From assembly GCF_018350175.1 (NCBI RefSeq), contig NC_058368.1, positions 33,048,001 to 33,112,000 on the forward strand: DNA of 64,000 nt. Direction: 5' to 3'. The position numbers were made by a program, and so were the translations under genes. The stretch comes from Felis catus. Its lineage: Eukaryota. The notes under the pieces are model-generated. The model made no database searches. It was not told the DNA's origin and worked only from the letters and a program-made list of their open reading frames with translations. Below are positions 50,351 to 62,314 of the stretch, one piece after another. Numbering within the stretch: position 1 is the first letter of the stretch; each line of letters begins with the position of its first letter.

Positions 50351-50622
50351 TTGGTGATGGAAAGGCTACACTAAACTTGTATCCAATCTTGTTCTTGGCC
50401 CACTACATCTTTTGGAATTGCCGTGAAGTCTTGATCAGTAATTGCACTTAGTCATTTTCTAAGTCTGTTCTGCATTCTCTTGAGTTACTTATTTTAAATG
50501 ACGTTATAAAAGAAACACTTCAACTAGCTTAGTTTTTACACTTTGGGCACAATATTGTTCGAGTATTTCCTCGACCTTAGTTTCTAGTGAGGGGTGACTG
50601 GTAAATCAGTTATTTCCTATGG

Positions 50623-50684
50623 ATTATTAAGGATCCTAAGGATTATTAATGTAATTATTAAGGATCCTAAGGATTATTAAGGTA
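50623..50684. repeat. 31-bp tandem duplication with one mismatch
   Basis: attattaaggatcctaaggattattaa(t/g)gta twice. Confidence 0.92.
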
Positions 50685-51034
50685 ATTAATATAAAAACTC
50701 AGCTTCATAAAATACGTTATAATTTAACATGAATAAATTATTGCTTAATGAAGGTCATCTTTTCCCCTGTATTTTACCAAAAGCATATGATATGATTCTT
50801 TTGGATCTTTCTGTTAGATTTACCGCCTAATATATCTAATTATTTTGGAAATTTTACCTAAAATTTCAGAAATTTAATGTGAAATTCTGCAAGTAATAAA
50901 GGTCAGTTTCACTCTTTGATTTGATGGAGTAATTTCACATATAAAAAGAGATTATCAGGACCACATGGCATTTATTACTCAATTTTATTTATCATTCCTT
51001 AATACTCCAATGAGGTTTATTTTAATTATCCACA

Positions 51035-51655
51035 AATGTTCATTCAACCTAAGTTGAATTATCGGATGACACTGCAGCATTCCATTCTGGGACAACTTGC
51101 AATATCTTTGAAGAATCTTTCCTCCGTTGAAAAAAAAAATCGTCTCTTTGATAGGTAGAAGTCTGCCTCCTAATTTAGTCTCTTAGAATGTACCTTTAAA
51201 GTAGCACCTTCTAAGAATCTTTGAAGGATTACATTATCCATCATATGGATACTTGATACTTTCTGACTGTTCCTCTTATTCATAGCATATATATCAAAAA
51301 TAGTAACTCATTTTTTTTTCAAATTGGTTGTTTCCCTCTGAAAAGCTCTGTTGAGGTCAAGACCACATCTGTATTCCTCCATGTTATATTCTCAGCATCT
51401 AATACCAAACATAATAGGGAGACAAAAAAATGCTTGTTTAATAAGTGCTAAGCAAGTCCAAGTGACTTTTTCAAATACCTGGATACTATCTATTTCCTGA
51501 CTTTTCTTTTCCTTTTCCAGGCTAGTCATTCCCAAACTTGTCCATATGACTTAGTTTTGTCACCTATCTCCATCTTAATTGCTTTTTGAACACATTCCAG
51601 GGTGTCTAAATGCCTTTTAAGTTGTGATCACCAGAAATGAATGCAATTATTTTCA
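51035..51655 (-). mobile_element. L3/CR1 remnant interrupted by an L2 3' end (+ strand, about 51330-51450)
   Basis: cagcattccattctgggacaact...ttttccaggctagtcattccca...gttgtgatcaccagaaatgaatgcaa. Confidence 0.55.
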
Positions 51656-52038
51656 CTAGTTTTCTGTTTTTCTGTTCTGTGTTTTATGTTCAAAATGTTA
51701 ACACTTTGATAGTTTTAAACTGACACCTCAAGCTCACGTCAGGTATTTTGAGACTGTTAAGCTTCACCTGCCTATGATTCTATCTCTTACATGATTACTG
51801 TACAAAGTGATACTCAAATATAGTATTGGGCGACATTTCATTTATTTTCTGCTCAATTTTTAAAAGAGGGTTAGATTTTAATTGTTTTCTAAATAACTCT
51901 AAGAGAATACAACATGGAGTGATGGTTATGATGCATACCTTAGACATTACATCTGCAAATCAACCAGAACACAGCTTAAAAAGAAAAAAAACCCTCCATA
52001 TAAGGTTTCATTTGGAGAAATAAAAATCATACACTACA

Positions 52039-52241
52039 GGGGCGCCTGGGTGGCTCAGTTGGTTAAGCATCTGAATTCAGCTCAGGTCATGATCTCACAG
52101 TTTGTGAGTTCGAGCCCCGCATCGGCTCTGTGCTGACAGCTTGGAGCCTGGAGCCTGCTTAGATTCTGTGCCTCCCTCTCTCTCTGACCCTCCCCCCATT
52201 CATGCTCTGTCTCTGTCTCAAAAATAAATAAAAATTAAAAA
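52039..52241 (+). mobile_element. Can-SINE
   Basis: Intact head and B box; TSD aaaaatcatacactac. Confidence 0.97.
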
Positions 52242-53847
52242 AAAAATCATACACTACTAACAAAGGGACTAGAGCCAAAGAGCCAAATTCTTCTTCTTTT
52301 ATTTTACTTTATTTTTCTTTGGTGTAAATGGTGATAGAGGGTGGGAGGAGGGGTTGGACTTGGTGAGCTAACATGTGTATATTAAGTTATTTGAACTATG
52401 TAACATATCTTCCTTTTACTTCTGTTATAAGTAAATGGCAATCACCATCATGAAATGAAGACATTTGAAATGAACTGTTTACTTACATTGTTGAGAAAGT
52501 ATCTCAGATATAATACATGAAGCTTTTGTTTGCTTTGGTGGTGTTTCCATGTTTCCCCTCTGTAATTTACTAATATCGTCCCAAAATTTCTTGACAATAA
52601 GACAACGTGGTGGTGTTAGCACTAGGATTACGCTTTAAAACTGACAATGTATTCAAACTGCATTTAGATCAATTCTTCCTGAAGTGGAGCCCTTATTTCA
52701 CAATTCTCAAGAGTTACTTCAACCCTAGCCACTAAATACTTAACTTTCAGTATTGTCCTATAAAATCACTCAAGGATAAATAATGAAAGACTATGGAGCA
52801 ATTAAGCATAATACACAATGTAAGTTTTGAAGAGTCATTTTGTGATGTGTTTTCGTTATAATGCAGCTCTTGCTCCTCTGGTTTCTTGCAGTGTTACTGT
52901 GCTGTCCTCAGAATGTGTCTCACTGAGTTTCACAAATGGTGCTGTCAGTTCAACTTGACATCCACCATTTTATTTTCTCCTGTTTTGGTTTTCTATGCTG
53001 ATATCCCCCGTTCTTCTTAATCTGCATCCACTGCTGCAAAGTCATCAAGGCACTCAACAGACACCAAGGAAGTCTATACTTTAATTTTTTCGCTCTTCTA
53101 GAAGAATGTTTGTCTTGTTCACTGCTCATTACTTTTGTGAGTTTGATGAGCTTGCATATTCTACAAGTCACCCCCAGTGAAGAAATTGCCCTTCAGTCTT
53201 TCCTATGTTTAGCAAAGAGGAAACAAGATATTGTTTCTTAGATTGTTGAAACAGCTTTAACATTTACTTGTTCTTTGTAAGAGCTCCTTCTTCACTAGAT
53301 TCTGGAATGAGGACAGTACAAATAACAATTCCCCATGTTTAGGTAATTATTCTTAACCGTCTGTGCTGTTTTTGTTCAAACTTGGGCATTTCCACTTCCT
53401 CTACACTTGAAATTATTTGTTTTTCAAGAATTTCCTAGTAAAAGATATTGCCATACATTGGCCAGCTATAATCAGACATGTTTGCATATTAAATGTGATT
53501 ATTTCTTAGAGGCCTACTTTGCCTCTTCAGGGCATACAGTATTATGAGCAGTGTGTATATAAATCACCAATATTCTTACAGTCATAGCATTGCATGATCT
53601 ATATCGAAAACGTATATTTCCTTTAACAAGTTTTTTTCCTATAGAAATTCTATTCATTTCCAGGTAAACATATAAAAATGAGCCAATGTTTACTATATCA
53701 TATTATTTCAAGCACCATATTATCATAGATTCTTTAAAATTTGTGTTTAAATATTTTTTCTCCACTGAGTCCGTCAGGGCCATGTCTATATTACTTTATA
53801 CCTAGATAGCGCCTAGCACATAATAACCAGTTAAACTGGTAAAACAA

Positions 53848-54160
53848 ATTATTTTGGAAAGAATTTTTAGATTTAGAGGAAATCCTCAAAGGTAGTGCCA
53901 AAAGTTCCTATGTACCCTTGACTTAGGTTTCTGTAATGCTGGCATCTTACACAGCAATGATGTATTTATCAAAGTTAAAAAACAAATAGTATTGGTACAA
54001 TACTATTCAATAAACTATAGACTTTACTCAGACCTCATCACCTTTATTGCTCACTTCCTTTTTTTCTTTTTTTTTTTCCTTCCAAGATGCAATTCAGGTT
54101 CACAAAACTTCCTGATCTTTAAGGACCTTGAAATTTGAAGAGTACAGGCAAGGTAGACTG
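53848..54160 (-). mobile_element. L1MC4-like 3' end
   Basis: agttcctatgtaccc...attggtacaatactattcaataaactatagactttactcaga...gaagagtacaggcaag. Confidence 0.75.
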
Positions 54161-54189
54161 ACTGGTCAATTTTTTCTCCCCTTATAGTT

Positions 54190-55354
54190 GATCTTCTTCA
54201 ATCTAATTCTCACCAGCTTCAATGCAGTTTCTTCATGTTTCTTGTGCTTGAGGTTGGCTGAGATTCTTGAATCTGTGACTTTAGCATCTTAATTGAGTTT
54301 GTGATACTTAGAGCCATTATCTATTCAAATATTGTTGTTCCCTCCCTTTCCCTTTTGGCATTTCAAATCTATATATTTCAAGTGACAAATTTGTTCTACA
54401 GTTCATTAGGTTTTCTGTTGATTTTTGTTAATTCTCATTACTCTGTTTTATTTGTATCATGTTCATATCTTCCAAGTCATCTCTACTTAAATTTTAAACC
54501 TACAAAATAGAATTATATTTCTAACATCTGTGTCAATTCTCTGTCAGTTTCTATTAATTGACTTTCTCCCTCTTCACTGAGGTTCTTATTTTCTTGCTTC
54601 TATGTATGCCTGGTAAATTTTAATTGGAAGTCAGACATTGTCATTTAAACATATTAAGTAAAGACTTTATTTTGGTTTTCTGTAAAGATTATTGAATTTG
54701 GTCTGTGGTGTTATTAATTGACTTGAAATGAGCTTGAAATTTTACAGTCTTGCTTTCCAGATTTATTCAGCAAGACCAGAGAAATGTATGTGATGGAAAA
54801 CTTGTTTACTATGTCTGAAACATTAGTCTTTTTTTGTACTCAGCCCAATGCTTCATGAACGTTGCTTTCCATTCTGATTGCCACAGGCCTAAGTCCCACT
54901 CGGCCGGGAATTAACTCACCCTTTGTAATTGTTCTTCACAGCACTGGGCAGTCTCCTTATACCCTTGTGTTGATCATTACTCAAGTGAATGCTGCAAATG
55001 TCTGGTGTACTCTTTCTGTGCAGCTCCCTTTTCTGACATGCTCTGCCCTGAGAGCTCTATGTGCCTTAGTCTCTCCCGAATCTCACTTTTATTTCCTCAA
55101 CTCAGGAAGTAATCTACTCCAAATGAGTCTCCTCTCCCCGTGCCACACCTGGGAAACTTCTTCAAAAACAGTTCATGTGTGCAAACATGGGACTCCTCTT
55201 TATTGCCTTCCATTTCTCAGAATTATTGTCATTATTTGCCTGATGTTCATTGTTTTGGAAACCATTTTCTCATCTATTAAGTCTGTTTTTTATTGTGTCT
55301 GGCAAGAGATTAAATATGGTCCAAGTTACTTCAACCTGAGTGGAGGTACAAGTC
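54190..55354 (-). mobile_element. Old L1 ORF1 and 5' UTR (L1MD/ME type)
   Basis: gagattcttgaatctgtg...gagccattatctattcaaatatt...ggcaagagattaaatatggtccaagttact. Confidence 0.75.
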
Positions 55355-55924
55355 GAAAACTACTTTTGATTTAACAAGTCCTGAACTCTAAAATATTCAT
55401 ATATAGAATAATATTACTTTATAAAGTTATATATTAACATGTGGAATAATGCATTACTATATGATAAATAACATAGTATATTTTAATAATAACTTTGATA
55501 TACTACCATATTCAATTTACCAGTCAGTGTTTTTCTAATTACTAGGTTTTGGGTACTATTTGTAACATATATTGTACCGCAAAACCAGAAATATACTTAC
55601 TTATCTTTTATGCTAAATTTTTGTTTTATTTTTGACATTTCCACTTGTGATATAATGATTTAATAACTTTTGATAAATAATTGTATTAAAACTATTAATG
55701 TTATTTAAAATTTTTCAAATACATTCCCATTTTTCCCGAGTATAACTTGAGAGTCTGGTATTTAAAGTAAAAAAGAAAAAGGAAGAAGCTGAAAACTATT
55801 TATTATTACATGCATGTTTTAGTTCAAACATTTATATAATCTTCAAACTAAAATTTTCTCCAAGAGAGTAAAAAAAGGCATGGAATAGAAGATGGAAAAC
55901 AAGAAGTCATATATTACTATTTCT

Positions 55925-56040
55925 TTTTCTGGTGAGAAAATTGAGAACTGCTGAGTATAAATGACTTGGCAAAATTCATGCTCAGGACCATTGGTAGGAC
56001 TCAGAACCATATCTCTGTCTCCAAGTTACTACTTCTTTCT
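55925..56040 (-). mobile_element. MIR fragment
   Basis: ggtgagaaaattgaga...aaatgacttggcaaaattca...ggactcagaaccatatctctgtctccaag. Confidence 0.65.
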
Positions 56041-57681
56041 AATGAATTTCATCTACCCTAGTTCTAAAAATTGTTTTTGGATTTTTATTCCCTGATAACA
56101 GAGTAAGAGTTCTACCGAAAGAAGAACCTAGAAGTAATCCTTCTATATCATTATATTAGGGGCAAAATTGCAAAGCAGAAAGAATTAAATGTTATTCTAG
56201 TCTTACTTAGGCAAGATGTAGGGCTTTTAACCAAGCTGATTTCTTTATTTTGCTGATACAAAACATTATGGCTACGTGAAAAGGCAGACATTTTCCTTAT
56301 GGACAGAAGGAGAAAGACCTTTTTTATCCAAATAGATGGTTGAATATATGATGGATATTGCAAACATTCATATTAAAACTACATTACTCTTAAATATATT
56401 TGTGATTCTTCTACATTTTATCAGTTTTAAGAAACTCTAGTAAATGATACATTTGAACTGTCCATGAGATTAATTTGATGGGTTAATCTCATAAGATTTA
56501 TAAATGTTGATGAAAATTACTAGTTTGCCGAACTTAATAGAGCTAATTTTAGTGGTAGAAGAATCACAATATTCTGTAAAATTTTGTGTCAAGGGCTAAT
56601 TGAAAATAGCACAAAACCAAACCCAATGATTAAATTCAATTATCAAATCTACACCTTTATAAATGTATACATGCATATAATGGCAGCTGATATGATCATT
56701 ATTCTAATTACTACTTTGACTACTAGCTCCAAAGGGCACTGATATATCTTAATAACCTCTGCTTTATATATAGAGAATTTTTTTTAATTTAAAATCAATA
56801 AATTTGGCTACATATGTACATAAAAAGAAGATAGGAAACTAAAATTATTACAATAACCACTTACCATTCATCCATTACTACTTTATTCATATTTGTGTAT
56901 ATACGTAGTTTTATGTGATGTATGTGTATAGGCTTCATGTGAGACAGATGTTTCCCCAAATAGTTAATAATAATTACTGAAGTTAACAGTATTTTAAAAT
57001 GTAAGAGAACATTAATACAGATACAGAACTTATTGGAAGTGGTTGCAATTAAGAGATGTGGAAATAAACAGTATAATCAAATACAACGTTATCAGAGTAG
57101 AAATACAAAAACTACATTAAAAAGCTAGAGTATGTGTTAAAAAAGAAAACAATTTAAAAATGCCTTATCATTAAAATAGTTTACCACTAGATTAGAAAAT
57201 CAGAAGGGAAAAACTTAATATGGACTATCTCTATTAGACTCTTATAGAAAATATAACAAGTTGTATCTTGATAAAAAATTTTCAGAACATTCCTGCTCTT
57301 ATATCCAGGTTAATAACTTTCTCCTTTTTATTTTTTTATGACAATATGAGTTCTACAGTAATATAGACAGACTTGAACTGTAGCCCCCCCCTTTAAAATT
57401 GTGGGTGTAATTTAAACTCTCTGAACTGATTTCTTAATATGTGAAGTTGATGATATTGGAGAGGTACCATACACATCACTAGTTGCTTAATGCCCAACAC
57501 AACAGATTCTCATTAAATGACATCTATGAATTTCTCAATAAATATTTATTAAGTATCTACTTTATGTAAAAAAACTATTTTGGAATGTTTGGGATGTACA
57601 CACATACAAATTTGAATGAAATGCATGAACTAGTGCTTAATGTAATTTTATGTTTTTGTTTTTTTTTTTTTTTTTTTTTTT

Positions 57682-58095
57682 TGTGACAACCCAAGGCAAA
57701 ACCTTTATCAACCCTTGAGCATTGTGTATAGAAAATACACTGATGCACTCCACCTAATGTCTGTCCTGATATCTTGGTATCTGCTTTTGAACCTGGTCAT
57801 GCAGTGTAATTTTGTCTCTGTGACCACAAGTGTATGAAAGATGCCTCCTGGAGCAAGACTGACAGTCTCCTGAGACTTAGGCATCTTGCACATATATTTC
57901 TGGTTCACAGTTCAGAAACTAATCCCAGCCTACACTGAGAAAGGACTCTGAGACTGCTCCTCTTAGGCGTGATCTGCTCTAATGTTTGCTTGGTCACTCT
58001 TTCCTGCTGTATCATAGCCTTTACCCTTATTGAATCTTTACACGTTTTGGAGTTTCATGAATCCTTTAAATTTTCTAAACCTGTGTAACTGCTGT
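57682..58095 (+). mobile_element. Old ERVL-type LTR (MER68/76/77-like)
   Basis: tgtgacaacc start; ctctgtgaccac; ttttggagtttcatgaatcctt...aacctgtg end. Confidence 0.5.
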
Positions 58096-58223
58096 ACTTG
58101 TTTTATTCCACTGTGAATGCCCGTGTGCTAGCACATACTCTCTCAATTACCAGTTAATTATTGAAAACTTGATTATTATAGGGTGTAGTGCTCTACTGTA
58201 TACTCCTGACTATTTGCTGATGT

Positions 58224-58430
58224 GGGGCGCCTGGTTGGCTCACTCCATTAAGCATCTAACTCTGGATTTCAGGTCAGGCCATGATCTCACAGTTAGTGAG
58301 TTTCAAGTCCTGCATCAGGCTCTCTGCACTGTCAGTGTGGGGCCTGCTTGTAATTCTCTCTCTCACCCTCTCTCTGCCCCTCACCTGCCTGTTCTCTTGT
58401 TAGCTCTCTCCAAATAAATACACTTAAAAT
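58224..58430 (+). mobile_element. Can-SINE, older subfamily
   Basis: ggggcgcctggttggctcac head, ctctggatttcagg insert, aataaa tail. Confidence 0.92.
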
Positions 58431-58464
58431 AGGATTGTTAAATTCCCATGCCCTCCAAATTGAC

Positions 58465-59440
58465 TGAGGCTTTGATTGTGATTACTTTGAATATGTAGAT
58501 CAATTTGGGGAGATTTACTATCTTTCTGATATTTTTCTTATCCATAAATATTCTATATCATTCTATTTATGCGTTTTAAAGTCTCACTAAATTTTATTTA
58601 TTTTCTCCATAAATGTCTTGGACATGTTTCCTTTTTATTCACTGTTATTACATATTTTTTTGTTTTTAAAAGTGTTATTTAAATATTATTTCCAGATATC
58701 TCTTTTCGGAATACAGAAATGTAGTAGATTTCTGCTTAATGTTTTTTAAATCCAACAAATTTGATATATTCAATTAAATTTCAATTTCAATTCTGTATCA
58801 TCATAAAATTATACATGGAATATTTTGTTTTTATATGCTCTAATATCGGCTACAAAACATTTTATCAACTATTTCTTAAACTTCTGGGTTTTTTGTTTTT
58901 TGTTTTTGTTTTTTTTTTTACTTTTTATTTCTTCTTCCCTCACTGCATTGAACAGAACCACCAATATAATGTAGTAAAGATGAACTTTAATAATAGCAGT
59001 CATGGTCAATTGCTTTATATCAAAAGATTATTTCATTGCCCCATTAACTAGGTTTATGTATTTATTAAGGTTATACCTTTTCTTTAAAAAAATTTTTTTT
59101 AATGTTTGTTTATTTTTGAGACAGAGAAAGACAGCATGAAGGAGGGAGGGTCAGAGAGAGGGAGACACAGAATCTGAAGTAGGCTTCAGGCTCTGAGTTG
59201 TCAACACGGATCCCAACACGGGGATCGAACTCACGGAGTGTGAGATCATGACCTGAGCCAAAGTCAGATGCTTAACCGACTGAGCCACCCAGGCGCCCCA
59301 AGGTTATACCTTTTCAAATTAGCAAAGTTGCTTACTCTTTCAAGTATTGCAGAGGATTATAGCATGATTATTTTTAATTTTTTTCATATTCTAATATACT
59401 CTGAAATTGTTTAATTCAAGATAATTCTTCTAAGAAATAT
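58465..59440 (-). mobile_element. Ancient L1 ORF2 fragment, interrupted by a SINE
   Basis: tttgaatatgtagatcaatttggggagattta...cattgaacagaaccaccaatataatg. Confidence 0.7.
59083..59299 (-). mobile_element. Can-SINE
   Basis: Perfect TSD aaggttataccttttc at 59067-59082 and 59300-59315. Confidence 0.97.
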
Positions 59441-62314
59441 TTTTGTCTATAACTGCACTATTCTTACTATATCAATTATTTGTGACTGGTATTTTTTACC
59501 TCTTAATTTTAATTTTTTCTATTTTAATTAGTTCTTATATGAATTTTAAGTATAATACATTAGTCATGTACATTTGCAGCTAATAATTCTGTTACTAATA
59601 TCACTAGTGATATAATTCTTCTATTAGTTTCACTTTTTAAAATAGTACCTTATTTCTTTGCACCTAATTTTGTGTTTGTTCTTTGTAGCATGAGCTTACA
59701 TTCACCATCTGCCTGAGTCATAAACAGTCCAGAATCACTCTACTCTAATATCTTGCTTGAGGTGTCTTTGTGTGACCAATGTAGTATGTGAACCTGTTGC
59801 ATAAATTTACGTGATTGCTGTCTTGCCTTTCCAAAATCTCAAGGGTGATTGTAACCCACCAGCTAAAATCTAAACCAAGGTCCAAATAGTCAAAGTGACC
59901 TCCAAGGCAGAGAATTATTTCTTGGTTCAGGCATACACTATATTTGTAGCCCTTTATGAACCCAAGCATATGGAAGAAAGATCTGCAATTAGATTCTCTA
60001 TCCTGTGTGTTTGTTTTTTTTTCTTTTACTTTTATTATTTCTTGTGCCTCCTGCTGAGGAATGAAATCTGAAGTTTACACCCAAGCTCAATATCAGCGCG
60101 TGAATTTAGGTTTAAATCTAAATCCATCTTACACATGTACTTGACTAGCTTTTACTTAGTCTTTTTGTTCTAAGAAATCCTTGTTTCTGGCTGGCTTACT
60201 GTTTCATTTAAGACTTCAAGAAAAACACAGAATTTTTCACTTTTTGAAAATTTAGTCAAGATATCAAATCAGATATATGACACAATTTGAGATAGTGCTT
60301 GTCACATTGTAGAATATATGAATAGGGACTTGTGATATTACAAATGATACAGCCTGTACAAACATATTTGGCTATCTGATCGGGCTCTCAGTATTACCAA
60401 ACAATGAAGTCTTAGAGGATTTTTTTTTTTCAAAATTGATGCTTTTAAAATTATTTGAATATAAAGGATATTAACAGACTAAATATTTTTTTTTAAAAAC
60501 TCTTCTCCTACACTGTGTATCATAAAAGATCCCATTGAATGTGTATTAAGGGAGCTTGAGAAAAATGGCATGTACTTTTTTTGCCAGTTAAATACTTCAA
60601 GGTTTATGATGACAGAGCTGTATTTTATGATGTACTGCGGGTATATAAATCAATGCATGTGTTACATAGACAATAGAAACAAAATGATAGAAGCTAGTCA
60701 AAAATGAGAAATAATGTAAAATAATGTTTTATAAAATAAGTCAAAATTATTAAATGGGGAAACTAAGTAAAATATATAAGAAAATAATAAAATTCTTATG
60801 ATTAGTGAAGACAAAAAAAAAGAAAAGCAATGGCTAAGTGTAACAGAAAAATTTAAGCATTCAGAGAGGTTGCTGAAATAGCAAGTAAGCAGAAAAAATG
60901 GGGAAAATGCAATATTGAAGATGTTCAAATTGAGATTTTAACATCAGAAACTTGTTAATTTAAGAACTTATTTTGGGAAGTGAGTACATAATTACAGGGT
61001 CAATCACAAGTCAAAATAGATGTGTCATGCTCTAAATCCATTGCATGAAATCAAACCAAACCAAAACAACAAAAAAAGATGTTAAATTGCTAAACGAGAA
61101 GTAGAATATAAAGTGAATATAAAAGGAGAAGGCAAATGATCAAATGTTATGAAAGCCACTTGAAGGTTTTGTACAATCTTAACATCCAGAAAATAAGCTA
61201 CCTTTTACAAAACGAGGTAACAAATATTTTATGCCCTTCAAAATGTTAAACTAGACAGCTCTATGTGAAATTATTCATAACAATACTAGTTTAGAATATC
61301 CTCTGGCTTGCAATTATTGGTGTAGGTATTTCTAACTTCCTTCAAAAATGTCCATAAAGATAAATGAAAAGATAAAAGGAATGATTGCCAATAAAAATTA
61401 GGATTGACTACTCACATCTTCTCCCAGAATGTAGGAATTATCTTATCTAAAGATACGGTAATAAAGAGCATTGAAAAATCATGTTAGTAAAATATGGTCG
61501 TGGAAATAGACTTAAATTGCCTACCTCAAGTTAGATAGAAATTCCATTTAACCTTACTTGATAAGTATGCCTTACTAATATTCATTTACCATGAGTCCTC
61601 TCCTTTGAGAATATTATCCAAATTTTCACTCCCTAACCCCAGTACTATCCATTTTCACACATCCATTTGAAAACTAAAAATCCAGAAAAGAGCCTTATTT
61701 GACATATTGGTAATATAAGTTATAAATTCTCTCATCAGAGTTTAACACAGAAAAGAAAACCCACTCTATAGAGTTTAGATGAGAAAAAAAAAATAATGCA
61801 GCATGTTGAATACAAAGAAAATCTATAAAATGGCTCAAGGAGCCAGCTTGTTATGGCCTCTAGAAATATCATGCAGAACATACTACAAAACTGATAAACC
61901 AGGAGACCTATTAACCCTCTAAGAAAAATGGAAGTGGAAAATTCATAAACTGCCATGCAAATAATTCAGTTCAAGAACATATTTCCTTAGATCATATTGA
62001 GAGAGAAGAAAGCTGAAATCAGAAAGGCACAGACACCACTACTGTCATCATTTTCACTTAATCCTGATTCACTGTACTTCTGCAAAAAATATTTCCAAAT
62101 ATCACCAATTTTTTTGACAACATCAAATAAGTAAATTAAGTTGTATAGGACCTAACATCTCATCAGCTGCTGTATCTCCTTCTGTGTGCCGTTTATTCTT
62201 TAACTGACTCTTAATCAAATATTCGCATTCTGTATTCTAAAGAATACATTAAAAGTTATTTACTATTGCCTTACAATTTCAGCCAAGATTTTAGAATAGC
62301 AAGAATTTACCCTT

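Noticed and set aside
54862..55374. Longest ORF in the track (170 aa)
   Set aside because: Antisense to an old L1 5' UTR, non-ATG start, no recognisable domain
56464..56492. 10-bp inverted repeat atgagattaa / ttaatctcat
   Set aside because: Short AT-rich hairpin expected by chance; too small for a miRNA precursor or MITE
57659..57682. T24 tract as the tail of a processed pseudogene
   Set aside because: No TSD or mRNA-like body; adjacent sequence looks like an LTR
334..58417. Family of similar short ORFs (MAQSV...AQVMIS...SVSPSLSAP and GAPGWRSRLSVRLQPGHDL...)
   Set aside because: All are translations of Can-SINE copies, not a gene family
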